A stretch of 64,000 nt of DNA. Origin: Podarcis melisellensis. Lineage: Eukaryota. The stretch is taken from NCBI GenBank assembly GCA_964234715.1, contig OZ174280.1; one strand, written 5' to 3'. Below, piece after piece: positions 12,704-26,096 of this stretch (its first letter is position 1; the number at the start of each line of letters is the position of its first letter). The notes beneath the pieces were generated by a model. That model was not told the origin of the DNA. It made no database searches and was given only the letters and a program-made list of their open reading frames with translations. The translations under genes were made by a program, and so were the position numbers.

Positions 12704-12945
12704 CAGCGGTACCTTGGTTTGCATACTTCTTGGTTTGCATACATTTTAGATTACAAACACTTCAAAGCCGGAAGTGCGTGTCCTGGTTTGCAACTTTTTT
12801 TTGGATTACAACCCATTTTGGGGGGATTACAAACTAATTTTTTTTTGGAGGCCCCATTGGCGAAAGCGCCCCTTGGGTTACAACCTGTTATGGTTTACAA
12901 ATGGACCTCCGGAACAGATTATGGTTGTAAACCAAGGTACCACTG
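12704..12945. mobile_element. Tc1/mariner (pogo/Tigger-like) MITE, 242 bp
   Basis: TIRs CAGCGGTACCTTGGTTT / AAACCAAGGTACCACTG flanked by TA on both sides; related to 49361-49602 in the opposite orientation. Confidence 0.85.
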
Positions 12946-12991
12946 TATGTGCTTGCATGGGTCTGTCAGAATTGCTCTTATTGACAAGGAA

Positions 12992-13150
12992 AGGGATATG
13001 GCTGAATGATGGAACACATCTGCATGCAGTATGTCCCTGGTTCAATTCCTGGTCTCTCCAGTTAGAGCTGGAAAAGGTTCCTGCCAGAAACGATGGAGCC
13101 CGTCAGCATTGACATTACTAAGCAAGATGGGCCTCATGGTCTGACTTGGT
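12992..13150 (+). mobile_element. Old tRNA-derived SINE (Squam3-like); other copies at ~25502-25668 (-) and ~39410-39595 (+)
   Basis: B-box-like GGTTCAATTCC and shared 3' core GGTCTGACTTGGTATAAGGCAGCTTCCT in three copies. Confidence 0.65.
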
Positions 13151-13747
13151 ATAAGGCAGCTTCCTGTGTTAAAAATGAGTCAAGTAGTAGCAAAGAGTGG
13201 GACTTGCAATAGAATGTTGACTTGTGGGGTGACAGTATTGAATATTCCAGCTATCCAAGCTTTCTTCCATTTTCTAGGTTCACTATATTTTGCTTTGGTT
13301 CCTTTGCCAATGCTTCATCCCCTGACATCCCACATTCAGTAGCTACTGTGCATACTCAGCTCTCCCCTTACTAAATATTGCTAATACCTTTATCTTGGTT
13401 TCTCAGTGGCCTTGTTTTGGTTACAGTTCTGGTGGCACTTACCATTTGGATTTTCTGTTGCTATATATACATGATTGTAAGAATAGTAAGTGGAGTTAAC
13501 ACTTCACTTACCCCCATAGGAAGGTGCATAAACAATCTCCATGTGCAATTTATTTTACTCTGTTGCCCTAATGGGCTGCTTGGCCATTATTGTTATGTAT
13601 TGTGTATTAATGTGCTTGTGGTCTGTATTCTAAATAAATGCCCCTTACTCTTGTTTTGCGTCACTTTCGTTAAAACAAAAAAAAATGTATGATGTAGCAG
13701 CTCCGCTATCAACTAATTGAAATGTTACCTTGACAATGTTTATGTAG

Positions 13748-13840
<93 letters not shown>

Positions 13841-13969
13841 TGAGTTTGAATATTAGTATTTCTAAATAATTCTAACTTGAGTTTATTGAGGACTCCCCAC
13901 CCCCTTATATATTATTGTTGGGCAAATAACCATGATAGGGCATGAACTAACTTGTCTCTTTCTCCACAG

Positions 13970-14168
13970 CATGCTCCCCCTTCTCCTGAAGGATGGCCTG
14001 CTCCTGCCATATATTGTGACAACACTGGCCTTTCTCACAGTGTGTGCAACTTCTTTCTCAATATTTGAAAATACTTCTGAAGACGATATGCAGCTAAAGC
14101 TTTTCCCCACTTCCATTAGACGATGCATGCCATGGTTCAGAACATTCGCTAAGGTTATTAGGAGTTCA
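13970..14168 (+). CDS. ALG6: ALG6 exon (MLPLLLKDGLLLPYIVTTLAFLTVCATSFSIFENTSEDDMQLKLFPTSIRRCMPWFRTFAKVIRSS)
   Basis: cacag/ and /gtaagt; 199 nt; matches human SMLPLLLKD. Confidence 0.95.
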
Positions 14169-14787
14169 GTAAGTAACTCTAACAAAAACCTTGTCTTTTG
14201 TGCACTGATTTGTCTAAGGGGTAGATGCTTTCCTCTTGTTTATGTGTTTTAAACATAAGCTACTGTATAGCTGCCAAGGTCCCCAGTCACACCGCTGCCA
14301 TGATTCCCACCGTGTGCAGATGCTGCTGGTGAAGAAAATTGCTGGAACATTTTAAGCAGTTATCAGGGGCAGCATCTGACACTTTTAGTGTGGCATGAAG
14401 AAGCTCCAGCATGCCTTGGATTGCACTTAAAAACAACAACCCTGCAGTTTGGCTATTATGTTCAAACCAACCAACTGTGGTTAACGTTGAAACAATCATT
14501 AAGAAAAGTGGAGAGGGAAGGATGTGAGTAGGAAGTTTGATCCAGCTCATGTGGGCTTGTTCACCTCACACTAAACTATGGTTAGGTTCAGCATCCTAAT
14601 ATGGACGACATGACCATGTTTGCATCAACCCTGGCAATTGGTACATAAGATGTCATGTTGGAGACACATTGTATTTTCTGAAATATCTTCCATAAGGATG
14701 ATGAAAACAGAGCACCTAAGCAATGAAACGACTTATTGGACATTGTAAATCAGTGATAACCAGTGTACCTTTTCTCTCTCCTTTCAG

Positions 14788-14985
14788 TTCCTTGTCTCAA
14801 TAACTCTGATGGGCATCCTGACTTTAATGAGTGCTACATTGGATCCTCCACAAAGGCTACCAGATTTATTTCCTCTAGCTGTCTCTGCTGTATCCTGCTT
14901 GCACTTTCTATTCTTCTTGCTATATTTTAATGTCATTGCAATATGGGAATCAAGAGATAGCCGAAATCAGAAAAAAACCAATTAG
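14788..14985 (+). CDS. ALG6: ALG6 last coding exon (...LDPPQRLPDLF...RNQKKTN*)
   Basis: ttcag/ acceptor, PPxxLPDL motif, C-terminal KKxx ER-retrieval signal, TAG at 14983-14985. Confidence 0.95.
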   Translation, partial: FLVSITLMGILTLMSATLDPPQRLPDLFPLAVSAVSCLHFLFFLLYFNVIAIWESRDSRNQKKTN

Positions 14986-15218
14986 GTCAAAGTGCCAACC
15001 CGCAAAACTAATGACTAAAGCGAGGGGGAACCTTTTAATATTTTCATAGAACTATGTCTTAAATCATATGTAATGTGAGGTATAAATTGCTTTCTTATTT
15101 TATGTATTTGCTGGGGAAAGCCACACAAAAATGTTTACATGTCAATTTGTGCTGTTTCAGGAATGTGAATAGCCATTATTAAGAGAGGTTTGAAATGGAC
15201 TCTTTGTCCTCTGTATGC

Positions 15219-15329
15219 AATAAAAGGGAAACATCATACTTGATTATTTGTTGAAGATTGAAAGCTACTGGTACCTTGAAAACAATTAAGTAATATTTTG
15301 GCCACCTTTACTGGCTTATTTTGAATAAA
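15219..15329 (+). terminator. ALG6: Candidate ALG6 polyadenylation signals (AATAAA at 15219 and 15324)
   Basis: Two canonical hexamers about 230 and 340 nt after the stop codon. Confidence 0.5.
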
Positions 15330-17930
15330 ATTTCCAAATTAATTTAATAGTATGAGTTTCAGTTTAATGCACTTCAAATGAAATGTGTTGGGGATGCAGA
15401 ACCATATTTTACGGCGTATCTTGTCTGTTGCTACTAAATGCTGTCTCTTCTAGCCTATTTGATTACATACATTAAGCTGCCTTGTACAATATTTCACTAT
15501 TCTCTATGATATGCTTAAAATCATCAAGGCCACTGAACTAATATTCATGACTCAGTGTCATGGTTCATGCTTCCATGACAGTCTTATTTCAGTATTAACC
15601 TTTATACTAGCTAAAAGTTCATAACAAGAGTTCCAAGGCGCTGTTGTGGCCAACATTATTTTTAATGTACATCAACATGCAAACCTCCCAGCGATATGCA
15701 AATTTTATAACCAAAATAGCATTTTTAGTCTATATGGATTCTAATTCTATAATTCTAATGCAGCAGATCTCTAAGAACTCAAATTGTGCGAAGTCCTTTT
15801 TCTGTAGCACTCTCTTGTAATAGTCTTGATATTTAATAGCCTGCAATTCAAATATTGTTGGGTTTTTAAAAATGAAGTTATTGCACTAATTCAACTCCAT
15901 TTGGAATTCTTTGGTGCTTCATGGTTGTTTCCATGCCATCTGCCTGCACTGACAAAAGTATACGTGGCGTATAAAGAATTAGACCAATTTCTAGCAGCCA
16001 CTTACGAAGACTTGACATTTCTGCTGTATTTGACACATATTTATCATGGACATGAACAATTAGTTCATTGTTCCTAGCCAAAGTCTTACATTCAATACAC
16101 ATTGACTTTGAGTATTCATTTTAAATACAAAATTCAACTACCCTCTGATTTAATTTGATTTGTTGCCATATTTTAGCACCTTATTCAACAAGACACTATG
16201 CACTTATCACATGCTTCTATTGCATGTCAGCTCCACCCAAATTTATTCCTTTCTGTTGTTCTGAAAACATGTACAGCAATAAGACAAAGCCCTACATATT
16301 TGTACTACATATTTCTGATACAGATTTTCAGTTTGCAAGTACATGGTTTGGTTTGCTGCCATACAAAATGCAACATAATCTGAATGTAGCTCTTTACAAA
16401 GCTCAAGCTGCCTAGTATCTTGTGCCAGGAAGCCAAAATTCTGCATGCACAGTTACAATCTATTATGCAAACAAATGCTAATGATGTCCTTCCCCTCTAT
16501 TTTTCTAATGGCCCTGCTATGCTCTATGAAAATGAACAGAAGCTGAGAGCATAGGTTCAATCATGGGGACTTGAAATTAAAACGTGCTGGAATGTGAAGG
16601 TTATTAAAAGTAAAGTTGCCACAGAGCAGTAATACATAATTTATTGTATTAAAGGGAATGATATCTCACACCAATGAAACTTGTATTTTTCCTACACCAA
16701 GTGAGCCTTCGAAGTCTCAAGTATACAAACCCGTATACACTTTCAAACGGTATCCTTTAAAGTTTTGTGTATCAATCCATCAAAGGTCCAGTGTGCTGAA
16801 AGAAACTGCATGCATAAAATGTTTGTTTAGTTCCTGTCAGTCTATATCAAGCACTCCAGGTTCCCAATATTGGATCAAAGATTATACCAAACAGATGGTT
16901 GGCTCTGTCAGCCTGGATGGTGCAATTGCCTCTCTTTTGGGTGTGCCCCAAATCCAGCCAAACTTCCTTCACTGTTGACCATCTGTTGCATGGCTTGTTG
17001 CTCAGATATATGTGCAAAGAAACCCACTGGTGTGTGCAATTTCCCCTGGAGTGGAGGCCCAGCATTCCTATGCAATTTGGATATATTTATTGTGAACTGA
17101 AGAGGATAGCATGTGCTGAATGTGCAGCCTTGTCACACATAGTAATGAAAGTTAAATCCTAAGCAGGGAGTTGGATTCAGAGATGCCTTGCACCAGCGGG
17201 AACTGGTGTGTCAGGATAGTTGGCAGAACCTCCCCACTTCATCGCAACAGTTCCCATGCTATCCTCTAGGATTCTCAGGGCTATGTAAGGGGAATTGCTG
17301 GGTGATGTTTCATGGACCAAGTAGGAAATCTCAATTTTCCAAACTGTTGTCTGGTTCCAACCCAATGTTTTATTGAATGATGACATTAACAATAGTCTGT
17401 TTCTACCCCATTCTTAAAGCTATTAGTGTGGTAGGAGAGCTGATTTCCCCCCCCCCCCAAATCTGGCAACCAATGTACTCCTTTGGTTTCAGATAATACA
17501 TGAGTCTAAAAAGCCCAGGACACAATTTTTACGGCCCTGATACTGATTTACCAGAAGTAATGCATGTAACATTAACTCTGCATGTGTATACTCGGTTCTG
17601 ACCAAACTAAGCCTCCACATATGAAAGGGCTATCTTATCTATGGATCACTTCCACATTTCCCTTATTAAATACTACCAAGCTTAACTTTACTCCTTTCTC
17701 ATAGCAGTTATTCCTCCCAAGAGGCATAGGTACCGCAACCACTGGAGAGCCAATTCAAAGTATGGGGCAATGTGGGCCTAGTGCCAGCCTCACCTCCCTC
17801 GGGTCTAGAGCCGCAGATGGGGAAAAGCGGGCATATTCAGTCTCTAGAGTGCTATCAGAGTGCTATCAGCAACTGAACTGCTCCAAAATGAGGATTGTGT
17901 GGGTTTTCATTTACTTCATTAATTTGTAAA

Positions 17931-18296
17931 AAAGGTAAAGTAAAGGACCCCTGACAGTTAAGTCCAGTCGTGAACGACTCTGGCGTTGCGATGTTCATCT
18001 CGCTTTACTGGCCGAGGGAGCTGACATTTGCCCACAGACAGTTTTTCCGGGTCATGTGGCCAGGATGACTAAGCAGCTTCTGGCGAAACCAGAGCAGCAC
18101 ACAGAAACGCCGTTTACCTTCCCGCCAGAGCGGTACCTATTTATCTACTTGCACTTTGACGTGCTTTCGAACTGCTAGGTTGGCAGGAGCAGGGACCGAG
18201 CAACGGGAGCTCACCCCGTCACGGGGATTCGAACCACCGACCTTCTGATTGGCAAGCCCTAGGCTCTGGTTTAGACCACAGCACTACCCGCATCCC
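17931..18296 (-). mobile_element. Sauria SINE, full length
   Basis: Reverse-strand tRNA head with GGTTCGAATCC, conserved core and ACCTTT-type tail. Confidence 0.9.
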
Positions 18297-21200
18297 AAAT
18301 ACAGTTTGGTAAAATATTTCTAAGATGTTGAAGCACTGCAAAAATCACTCAGGGAAGGAGAGTGTGAAACAGTCGCTCTTGCTGACAGAGCACTGATCTC
18401 ACATTTCCATTAGCCATTTCTTCTGCTTGTAGTCATCAGAAGCCTGGAGCAAGTATTCCCCAGCATAGAAAAACATTAGTTTTATGTGTATCTCTTTTCT
18501 TTGTCCTTCAGATGGCCTTCAAGGGTGATAAAGTGCGAGTTATCTGATCTACCTTATGTAGAACTAGGAAATGGTTCTTAACAGACCCAGCTGTTTCTGA
18601 AAAGAGTACAAGTGGCTGAGAAGCAGTACTTTAATAGCCTTAGGCTGCAATTCTGAAAAAGCCTACAAGGGAGCAAGTCCCAAGGAAATCAGTAGAACTT
18701 ACTTGTAAGTAAACATGCTTGGGACCGAGTTATGATGTAGCAAACAAATGAAGAGGCAGCAGTGATGTTGCCCCAATAAAGTCCCTCAAACTGTGTAAGT
18801 GAAACTGTCTAGCAATTGCATCTTGAGAAGAAAAAGTCCCTCAACCTTTTCCTACTTAAAAGCATATGCATATATTTGAAGTAACTAGCACTGATAGCAG
18901 TGAAATACCTTGAATTGAAACCCGTACTCTTTACACTGAAATGTCTAAGCAAATCACTTTTTTAAAACAATTTGTCAACACCAAATTTATCCTTCAAAAG
19001 TTTTATTCTATAAAAAGAATTGTGACCCAATTATAGTTGACAACTTCAGTTTTGAAATTGGTACATGCCGAACGACTTATTACTGTCTGCTTGGTTGCAA
19101 AAAGCTGCTTGCATGGGCAGAAGGCACTTACATTCCACACTGGGAGCAAGGGCTCCACAATTTCTACCTGTTTGTCTCCCACCCCTTCTGCAGCTCCCAA
19201 ACCTGTTGTATAGGGTCTTCTAACTTTCAAGAGCGGCTTTTGGGGGATCAGAAGGGGACCCAGTGCAAAGCAAGAAGGAAAACCTCCCCATGTAGTGTCT
19301 TCAAACCATCATAAAGGGTATATATACAGAAGAGATGAGCAAGCACATTCTTAAGGCTCCACCCTTTGCTTACACTCAAAATGGTGAAGCTGGCATTTCA
19401 GTGTTTGTCATCTGAGAAGGTACATGCCTCAGCTTCACCACCACCTAAATTTCCATTAAAAATAATCTTTATGTTAAATAGTTATTAAAGATGTACTTGG
19501 CCCTCTAAACATTCCAGCATAGTTACCATTTATTTTGACTGAAACGTGATATCATTTGTGGATCTCAGTACATGCTAGGATAGGTTTTACTGATTCCTGT
19601 CCCTGCAGGTACTATTGCAAAGAAACATTAATCTCTATGGTGTTGCTTTTTAATGATTTTGCAGCATAAGTTCAGGCACCACAAAGCAGAAGAACATACT
19701 GATAGCTTTGCTAGCAGTGCAAAACTAAAGTTATGTGGTGCTTTTGTAAACCAAAGTAACTAAAAAGGCATTGCAAATGTTGCATGTGAGGCACATAAGG
19801 TTTTGCTAGCGAAACGATGGTAGCGAGCCAAAGATAGATGGAAAATTGCTTGCTTTTGGGTGTGCTGATAAGTTGCATAAACAATGCCCCGCATGTTGGC
19901 AAGCAGTTTTCATTGTTTGTGGTCAAACTGGCACTCCTTCAGAGAAAGCATGGAGCATATCATTACTGTGAAATTTACAGTTTGTTTGAAGGCCTGGGAA
20001 ATAGTGTCCATCCTTAAGCACAGCTCTTCTTCCCAAAACATGAGGGGAAAGCTCACAGAGGCATTTTACCCAAGGTAGGGCAAGCATAGGGGCCTGGTGC
20101 AGAAATTCAGCTTGTGCCATTACCCATTTGCATAAAAGAGCTATGGAGAAGTGTATTATTTACATTGAGATTATCTGGTTGTGCAGATTGTAAAGTTTAA
20201 ATTAGACGCAAGAAACTGTATCTAGATGTGCACCTGCCTAGTGCACTGAGCAATCCTTAGCTGGTATTTGCTGGGGAGATAGATTTACAGGCGTTTCTTT
20301 TCAACCTTTTAAGTAGGATCAGGCAGTTGTAGAATCTTGCAGCCAAGCAGAACATATTCTTCAGATATGGCCTGTGTAGGTTAAAAAATGATTAAAATAA
20401 ACGACAATTTTGGCATCCATGTTGCCCTTTGAACACACTATTTGTGGTTTAGCTCTAGCTTTCCTGTGTATATACAGAACACCTAGAAAACAAAATACCC
20501 CACTTCCTTGAGAGCATCCTGGATGTTAAAATACAAATGCTTCCCAGTATTATTTTAGTTCACAATTTAACACGGGGCAACTTCATGTGTCAGCTTAATA
20601 TTTCAAGGGACATATATAATGACAAACCCCAAATACATTGATCTGGTTGCTATTACCAAGAGCCAGTTTAGAAAGCTTCAACCTACAAAGGATTTGTTTC
20701 CTGAAAGTAGGGTTATAAAGGATTAGAAGTATAAACTTAGACATATTACATAGCATCCTTGGGTTTGAATATGTTCTCTGTTTTGTGACTACCTTTCAGC
20801 AAACTCCTGTTTCTTTCCTAGCTGCTCTGGAATAACGGGAGGTGATTTTTCTAATTAAGAGACATGCAAGAGCTTTGCCTTTTGTGTAACTGGCAGTTCA
20901 TCAACTCATTATGCCAGCTGTGTTGGCTACAATTTTGGCTTCCATCGACCAAGTCTTAAGACTTCAGCTTGCTTTCCTGGCATGAGCATCCTACAGGGTG
21001 GTGTCCATTAGCAAGCATTGAAAGGAGACTGTGCATGCCCTCAATGTGCATGTAGCACCTCAGGAGCCGGGTGGGGAGGGGAAATGCTACACATAAGCAC
21101 GTTACTTTTAGATGCTTGTAACAGATGCTAGAGAGTCTATTGCTGTGCTTGCTATGTTTGGAGCCTCCTTGGTGCATTTTATGCCATGGAGCAAGAAGCC

Positions 21201-21549
21201 ATATTAATGCACTGCTTTTCAGATTCTTGCCGCCTGCCATAGCGCCAACGTTTCCCTTGGAGGAGCATGGCTGCTACTGCAAACCTGCACGGTCACCTAA
21301 ACAGTGTTGCAGGAGTGGCAACTCCTGGATCTTTCTGCAAGTCACCTCCATTCACCTGGAGGTACATGTCATAGGTCCAATCAGAGGGATGTGATTCTAA
21401 ACTGATAGATCTTTCAACAGCTGGGTTCTTCTGCTCGCTGTATCTTGCAGAAAGACACTCTACTCTCTCAAGGCTCACTGTACTTTTGAAATTATGAACC
21501 AAGAAGACTGGTGGGTGTACGAGATGGCTTTGGAGAGAGGACTCTAGAT

Positions 21550-21685
21550 CAGGGCTTCCAGAACTTGGGTCTCCAGCTGTTTTTTGACTAAAATTCCCAT
21601 TATCCCTGACTACTGGTCCTGCTAGCTAGGGATGATGGGAGTTGTAGTCCAAAAACAGCTGGAGACCCATGTTTGGGAAACCCTG
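21550..21685. mobile_element. Palindromic hAT-type MITE (same family as 35929-36053; decayed copies at ~11575-11693, ~24405-24545, ~41690-41822, ~43550-43690)
   Basis: TIRs CAGGGCTTCC / GGAAACCCTG and internal inverted repeat GACTACAACTCCCATCATCCC. Confidence 0.8.
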
Positions 21686-22704
21686 ATCGAAATGGTTAGT
21701 GGGCCAAGGTTAGCAGCAGTTTAGGAAATGAGGGTTAGAACTTAGAGAAGGCGAGAAACAGGAATAAGGGGGTAGAGGAGAAGGCCAGAAACAGGAATCT
21801 GAGGGGGAGAAAGCTGGAAGGGCAACGAAAGAGCTGCCTGTCTGGCGAGAGGTGAGGATTTATATTCTGATTTCAAAAGAACAGCCACATCTTTGTCTAC
21901 AGGCAAAATTGCCATCCTATCATGATAGTATGAAACCATTGATTAAAATAATTGAGCAATCATTAATTAAAATGCCATTTGGTAAAAGATATCCTGCAAT
22001 CAACTTCTTTTTTTCAAAGGGAGTTCTGTAACAGCACAATTCATTGCACGCATATTCAGAAGTAAGCCTTACTAACTTCAGTGGAGTTTATTTCCATCTT
22101 CTAGATTATTTGAGGCATGATGGTGTCTTTTGTACTGTGGCAAGAACAAAGCTGCCATGTCTGTTCCCTCAGCAAAAAAATTGTGGTGCTTTGCAGCAAT
22201 AAAAATAGCAGCATCTGTAGCATACCATACAGCTAAGTATTTACTGTCCAATACCAGAATTTGCTGCAGTACTGCCAATATGGCAGTTGATGCTCAGAAC
22301 CCAAGTCCCTTTTTTGCACTGTGTGTGTATAACAATGCAAACAGCACCAGGGATGCACAAGGGATGGCTTATGTTTGCTACACTGAGATTGGGTCACCTG
22401 AGATTGAGCAGGAGTCCTTGTTTTATCAGTGACTGACATTAAGAACTGCTAACAATTCTTTTTTCAAAACTTCTCATTCAGCTAATAATATAATGAAGGT
22501 GTTTGGAAGAGATGGCATCCTATCAGACACAACACTGGCCATGTGGAATGGGTAAAGGACCAGGTACTACTAGCTACAAAAAACAAATTTAAATGCAGCT
22601 AATGTAGTTCTTACCACATGTGTGAAAAACTGCAGATTTTATAAAAAGCGACAATCTGTAGGAGTCTGTAAACTCAGAAACAAGAGCCATACATTTTGAT
22701 GGGC

Positions 22705-22870
22705 TTGTCATTTCCTTGACAAACATTTTCTAGCTTTGATTAGGGTTCTTGGCTGACATATTGGACAGGCTCAATGAACTTAATGTTTGCCTGCAAGGCA
22801 AGACCTGGAATATCTTCATTATGTTTCAGAAAGGATGGCATTCTTCTAAAAATTATGCTATGGAATAGCT
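22705..22870 (+). pseudogene. Fossil hAT (Charlie/Buster-type) transposase fragment
   Basis: From 22749 reads LADILDRLNELNVCLQGKTWNIF, matching the LAYLADIFxxLNxLNxxLQG block of Charlie/ZBED5-type transposases; frameshifts on both sides. Confidence 0.65.
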
Positions 22871-23959
22871 CTGTGCAGCAAGATAATTTAATTTTGTTTG
22901 TCTGGGGACTTGTGTCCTAACCACACATGCCTTGTCTACTTTAAGTCGAGGAACAGGCTCTTGCTGCCCCCCACAACCCATCCTCTGGGCCACATGTTGC
23001 ATACAATGCTGGAATGAAAAGGTCTACAGGAGGAAAGTTCAGTACTGTATATGCAGACCCAGCTGATGCAATAGTTTTTCCTGCTCAAATAGTTGGGGAA
23101 AGAGTAGATCACACAAATCAGACCTACTCAATTTAAATGGTGCATTAAACACCATTTTGTCACATGCAGCTTATGAATGTGGGGTGGCCCTTGGAGGAGG
23201 GCGTGGTGTTCATGTCCCACTGCACATAACTGCATGTTTTAAAATGAGCTGGGCTTTGGAAATGCCAGTACTCGAAAGTGAGAAACTTGTTTCATCTCGT
23301 GATTCAGCACACATATTCCTGGAGAAAAAAATGGCAATTAAAACAGCATGATTTTAGTAGAGCTTCAGAGTAAAGTTTGCCTTTGCGCAAGGGAACCTCG
23401 TCAAAGTTGGAAGTCATCCTATTTTGAGCAATTGTAAAATTACATCTCATGAGCTCTCAAGTAAACTAGAATTTCCTGAGCTAGCAAGAAACAAAAATGG
23501 TTCAAATACTTGCTAAGTTTGCTTTGATGCCGTGCCAAAAATAGAACGCATTTCATGTGGTATCATCCCAGCAAATATTTCTTTGGATGAATGAAAACAC
23601 AAACAAAAAACTGTTTTGGAAAACATTCTGACATATAAACTTACACATGTGTGCTAAGTAATGCCTTTTGAAAGACATTATGACTGAACTAGCCCAGCAT
23701 ATTGATTAATACACATTTTGGGAATTAAAGAATCATCAGTTTGCAGAGAAAATATTAATAATTAACTCTCAGAGTCATTTACATTCAAATTAAGTGAACA
23801 CCAGTGAAAATAGTTCCCCCCCATTAATCAAGGGGTGCTAGAAATTAAGTCCCACAAATCTACCATTCCTCAAAAAGCTTCCAATAAACACATATATTTT
23901 AACTGTACTTTCAATTACAGACTTCAATCCTGTCTCTTAAACATGAAGATCTGCTCACC

Positions 23960-24012
23960 TCAGTTGATGAGGGACTTAAGGTACTCAAAGCTGTTGGCAG
24001 GTTGGAGATAGT
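23960..24012 (-). CDS. ITGB3BP: ITGB3BP/CENP-R last coding exon (D-YLQPANSFEYLKSLIN*)
   Basis: ttttacag/ acceptor; matches human DSYEFLKAILN*; GTGAGC donor 1 nt after TGA implies a further 3'UTR exon (not located). Confidence 0.9.
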
Positions 24013-24621
24013 CTGTAAAACAAAGAACATTTTTTCCACATAACAAGAAAACCAATACAATTATATGTTGCAGTTTATAATTACAGTATAGAAAATGAAA
24101 AATCTAACATAGTCACTGGACACAATCTAAAATGTAGTCGGGCCCACTGTTTTCATTGGGATGCATTCATCTTGTGGAACACAAATTGCTTTTAAACACA
24201 AGTTAATACAAATGTTGAAGATTCTATTTTAACAATAGGGACAAAAACAGAGGCTTACCCAAAAGGTTTCGGTGGGTTGTTAGAACTTCAAGCTCTTAGG
24301 ATTTGGCAAGCTAAAAACTGAGGTAAGAAAGAACTCCAAGCCTACCACCAACTCAATCTTCTGCTGACCATCAGGAAGCCACTTTTGTCAGGTATGTTGC
24401 TAGGTCAGCCTTACCCCAACGTGTTGCTCAACAGATGTTCTGGACGACAACCCCTATAATCCCCAGCTAGTACAGGCCACAATCAGAGATCATGAGAGCT
24501 TACAAGGTCCAAGGCATTTGAAGGACATAAGATTGGGAGGACTTGATGCTTGCTACTTTAACAGCCCTGTGGCTGAGGCCCATGACACAAGCTAATTTAT
24601 ATGTATAGGTATCCCTGGAGA

Positions 24622-25133
24622 TTGCTTCTTGGGAGAAAAGCAATGACAAACCTAGACAGCATCTTAAAAAGCAGAGACATCACCTTGCCAACAAAGGCCC
24701 GTATAGTTAAAGCTATGGTTTTCCCAGTAGTGATGTATGGAAGTGAGAGCTGGACCATAAAGAAGGCTGAAGAATTGATGCTTTTGAATTATGGTGCTGG
24801 AGGAGACTCTTGAGAGTCCCATGGACTGCAAGAAGATCAAACCTATCCACTCTTAAGGAAATCAGCCCTGAGTGCTCACGGGAAGGACAGATCCTGAAGC
24901 TGAGGCTCCAATACTTTGGCCACCTCATTAGAAGAGAGGAGTCCCTGGAAAAGACCCTGATGTTGGGAAAGATTGAGGGCACAAGGAGAAGGGGACGACA
25001 GAGGATGAGATAGTTTGACTGTGTTCTCGAAGCTACTAACATGAGTTTGACCAAGCTGCGGGAGGCAGTGGAAGACAGGAGTGCCTGGCGTGCTCCGGTC
25101 CATGGGGTCACGAAGACACAACTAAGCAACAAC
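24622..25133 (+). mobile_element. BovB (RTE-clade LINE), 5'-truncated 3' fragment
   Basis: Translates RLLLGRKAMTNLDSILKSRDITLPTK...VMYGSESWTIKKAE and LEKTLMLGKIEG; (CAA)n tail; 11-bp TSD ATCCCTGGAGA at 24611-24621 and 25134-25144. Confidence 0.93.
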
Positions 25134-25215
25134 ATCCCTGGAGAATGAAGATGGTAGTACTGGGGAACACTACTTTGCTTATGGGATGTGCCCACGGCAA
25201 AGTCAGTGATATTAT

Positions 25216-25220
<5 letters not shown>

Positions 25221-25282
<62 letters not shown>

Positions 25283-25291
25283 GTGTGTGTG
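25221..25291. repeat. (TA)n microsatellite followed by (TG)n
   Basis: Direct reading. Confidence 0.95.
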
Positions 25292-26096
25292 TAGGAACAA
25301 GCAGGAGATCTGAGACTCACCATCATAGGTCCAGTCTTGTCTATGTCTTATCCTGTGTTTATTGTAACAATATCAGGCCCCACAGTGGGCTTCTTACCAT
25401 TCCATTTTGCCCTTTCTCCAACAATGCAACAAGTTAGTCAAGATACTGGCTTTCCCAGGGTCTTACAGAGTGTTCAATGGTCAGTGGGGATTTGGAGTTA
25501 CATAGGAAGCTCCTTATACCAAGTCAGACTGTTGGTCCATCTAAGTAAGTGTTGTAAATACTGTCCAGCAGCCAGGACTCTCGCCCAGCTCCAGCTGCAG
25601 ATGCCAGGGATTCAGCCTGGGACCCTGGCCATGCTATGGATGCCCTCTTACCACTGAGCTACAGCCCTTCTTACAGATTCTGGTCACTGCACCACAGGGG
25701 CTCCGAGCTGAATCAGAATCAACTGTGACGCTGTGTAGAGACCTTAATCAACTTTGCCATTCAACTTCAAGAGACCTGCCCAGGTCAAGGGGCGTTACAC
25801 AAGTCTTTCTAGAGAACCACCCTAATCTGCTTGTGCAAAGTGGGGGAGAATCTTCTGTTCCTCTACCCATCCACCAGCACAGTGAAAGGTCAAGATCTAG
25901 TTGAAAGTTTACTCTCTTTTATGCATGTGTGTGCAAGTTTAAATGCTTTAAACCATGAACAGCTTTAAAGTGGAGAGGGAGAGAGGAAAAAATGGCCACC
26001 TGTCTGGTGATATAAAACCAATCTTCTCTTAAATGTGCCAGAATAATTTTTCTCCACCTCAACTACAGTTAAAACCTTCAGTCTATTCATTACTGT

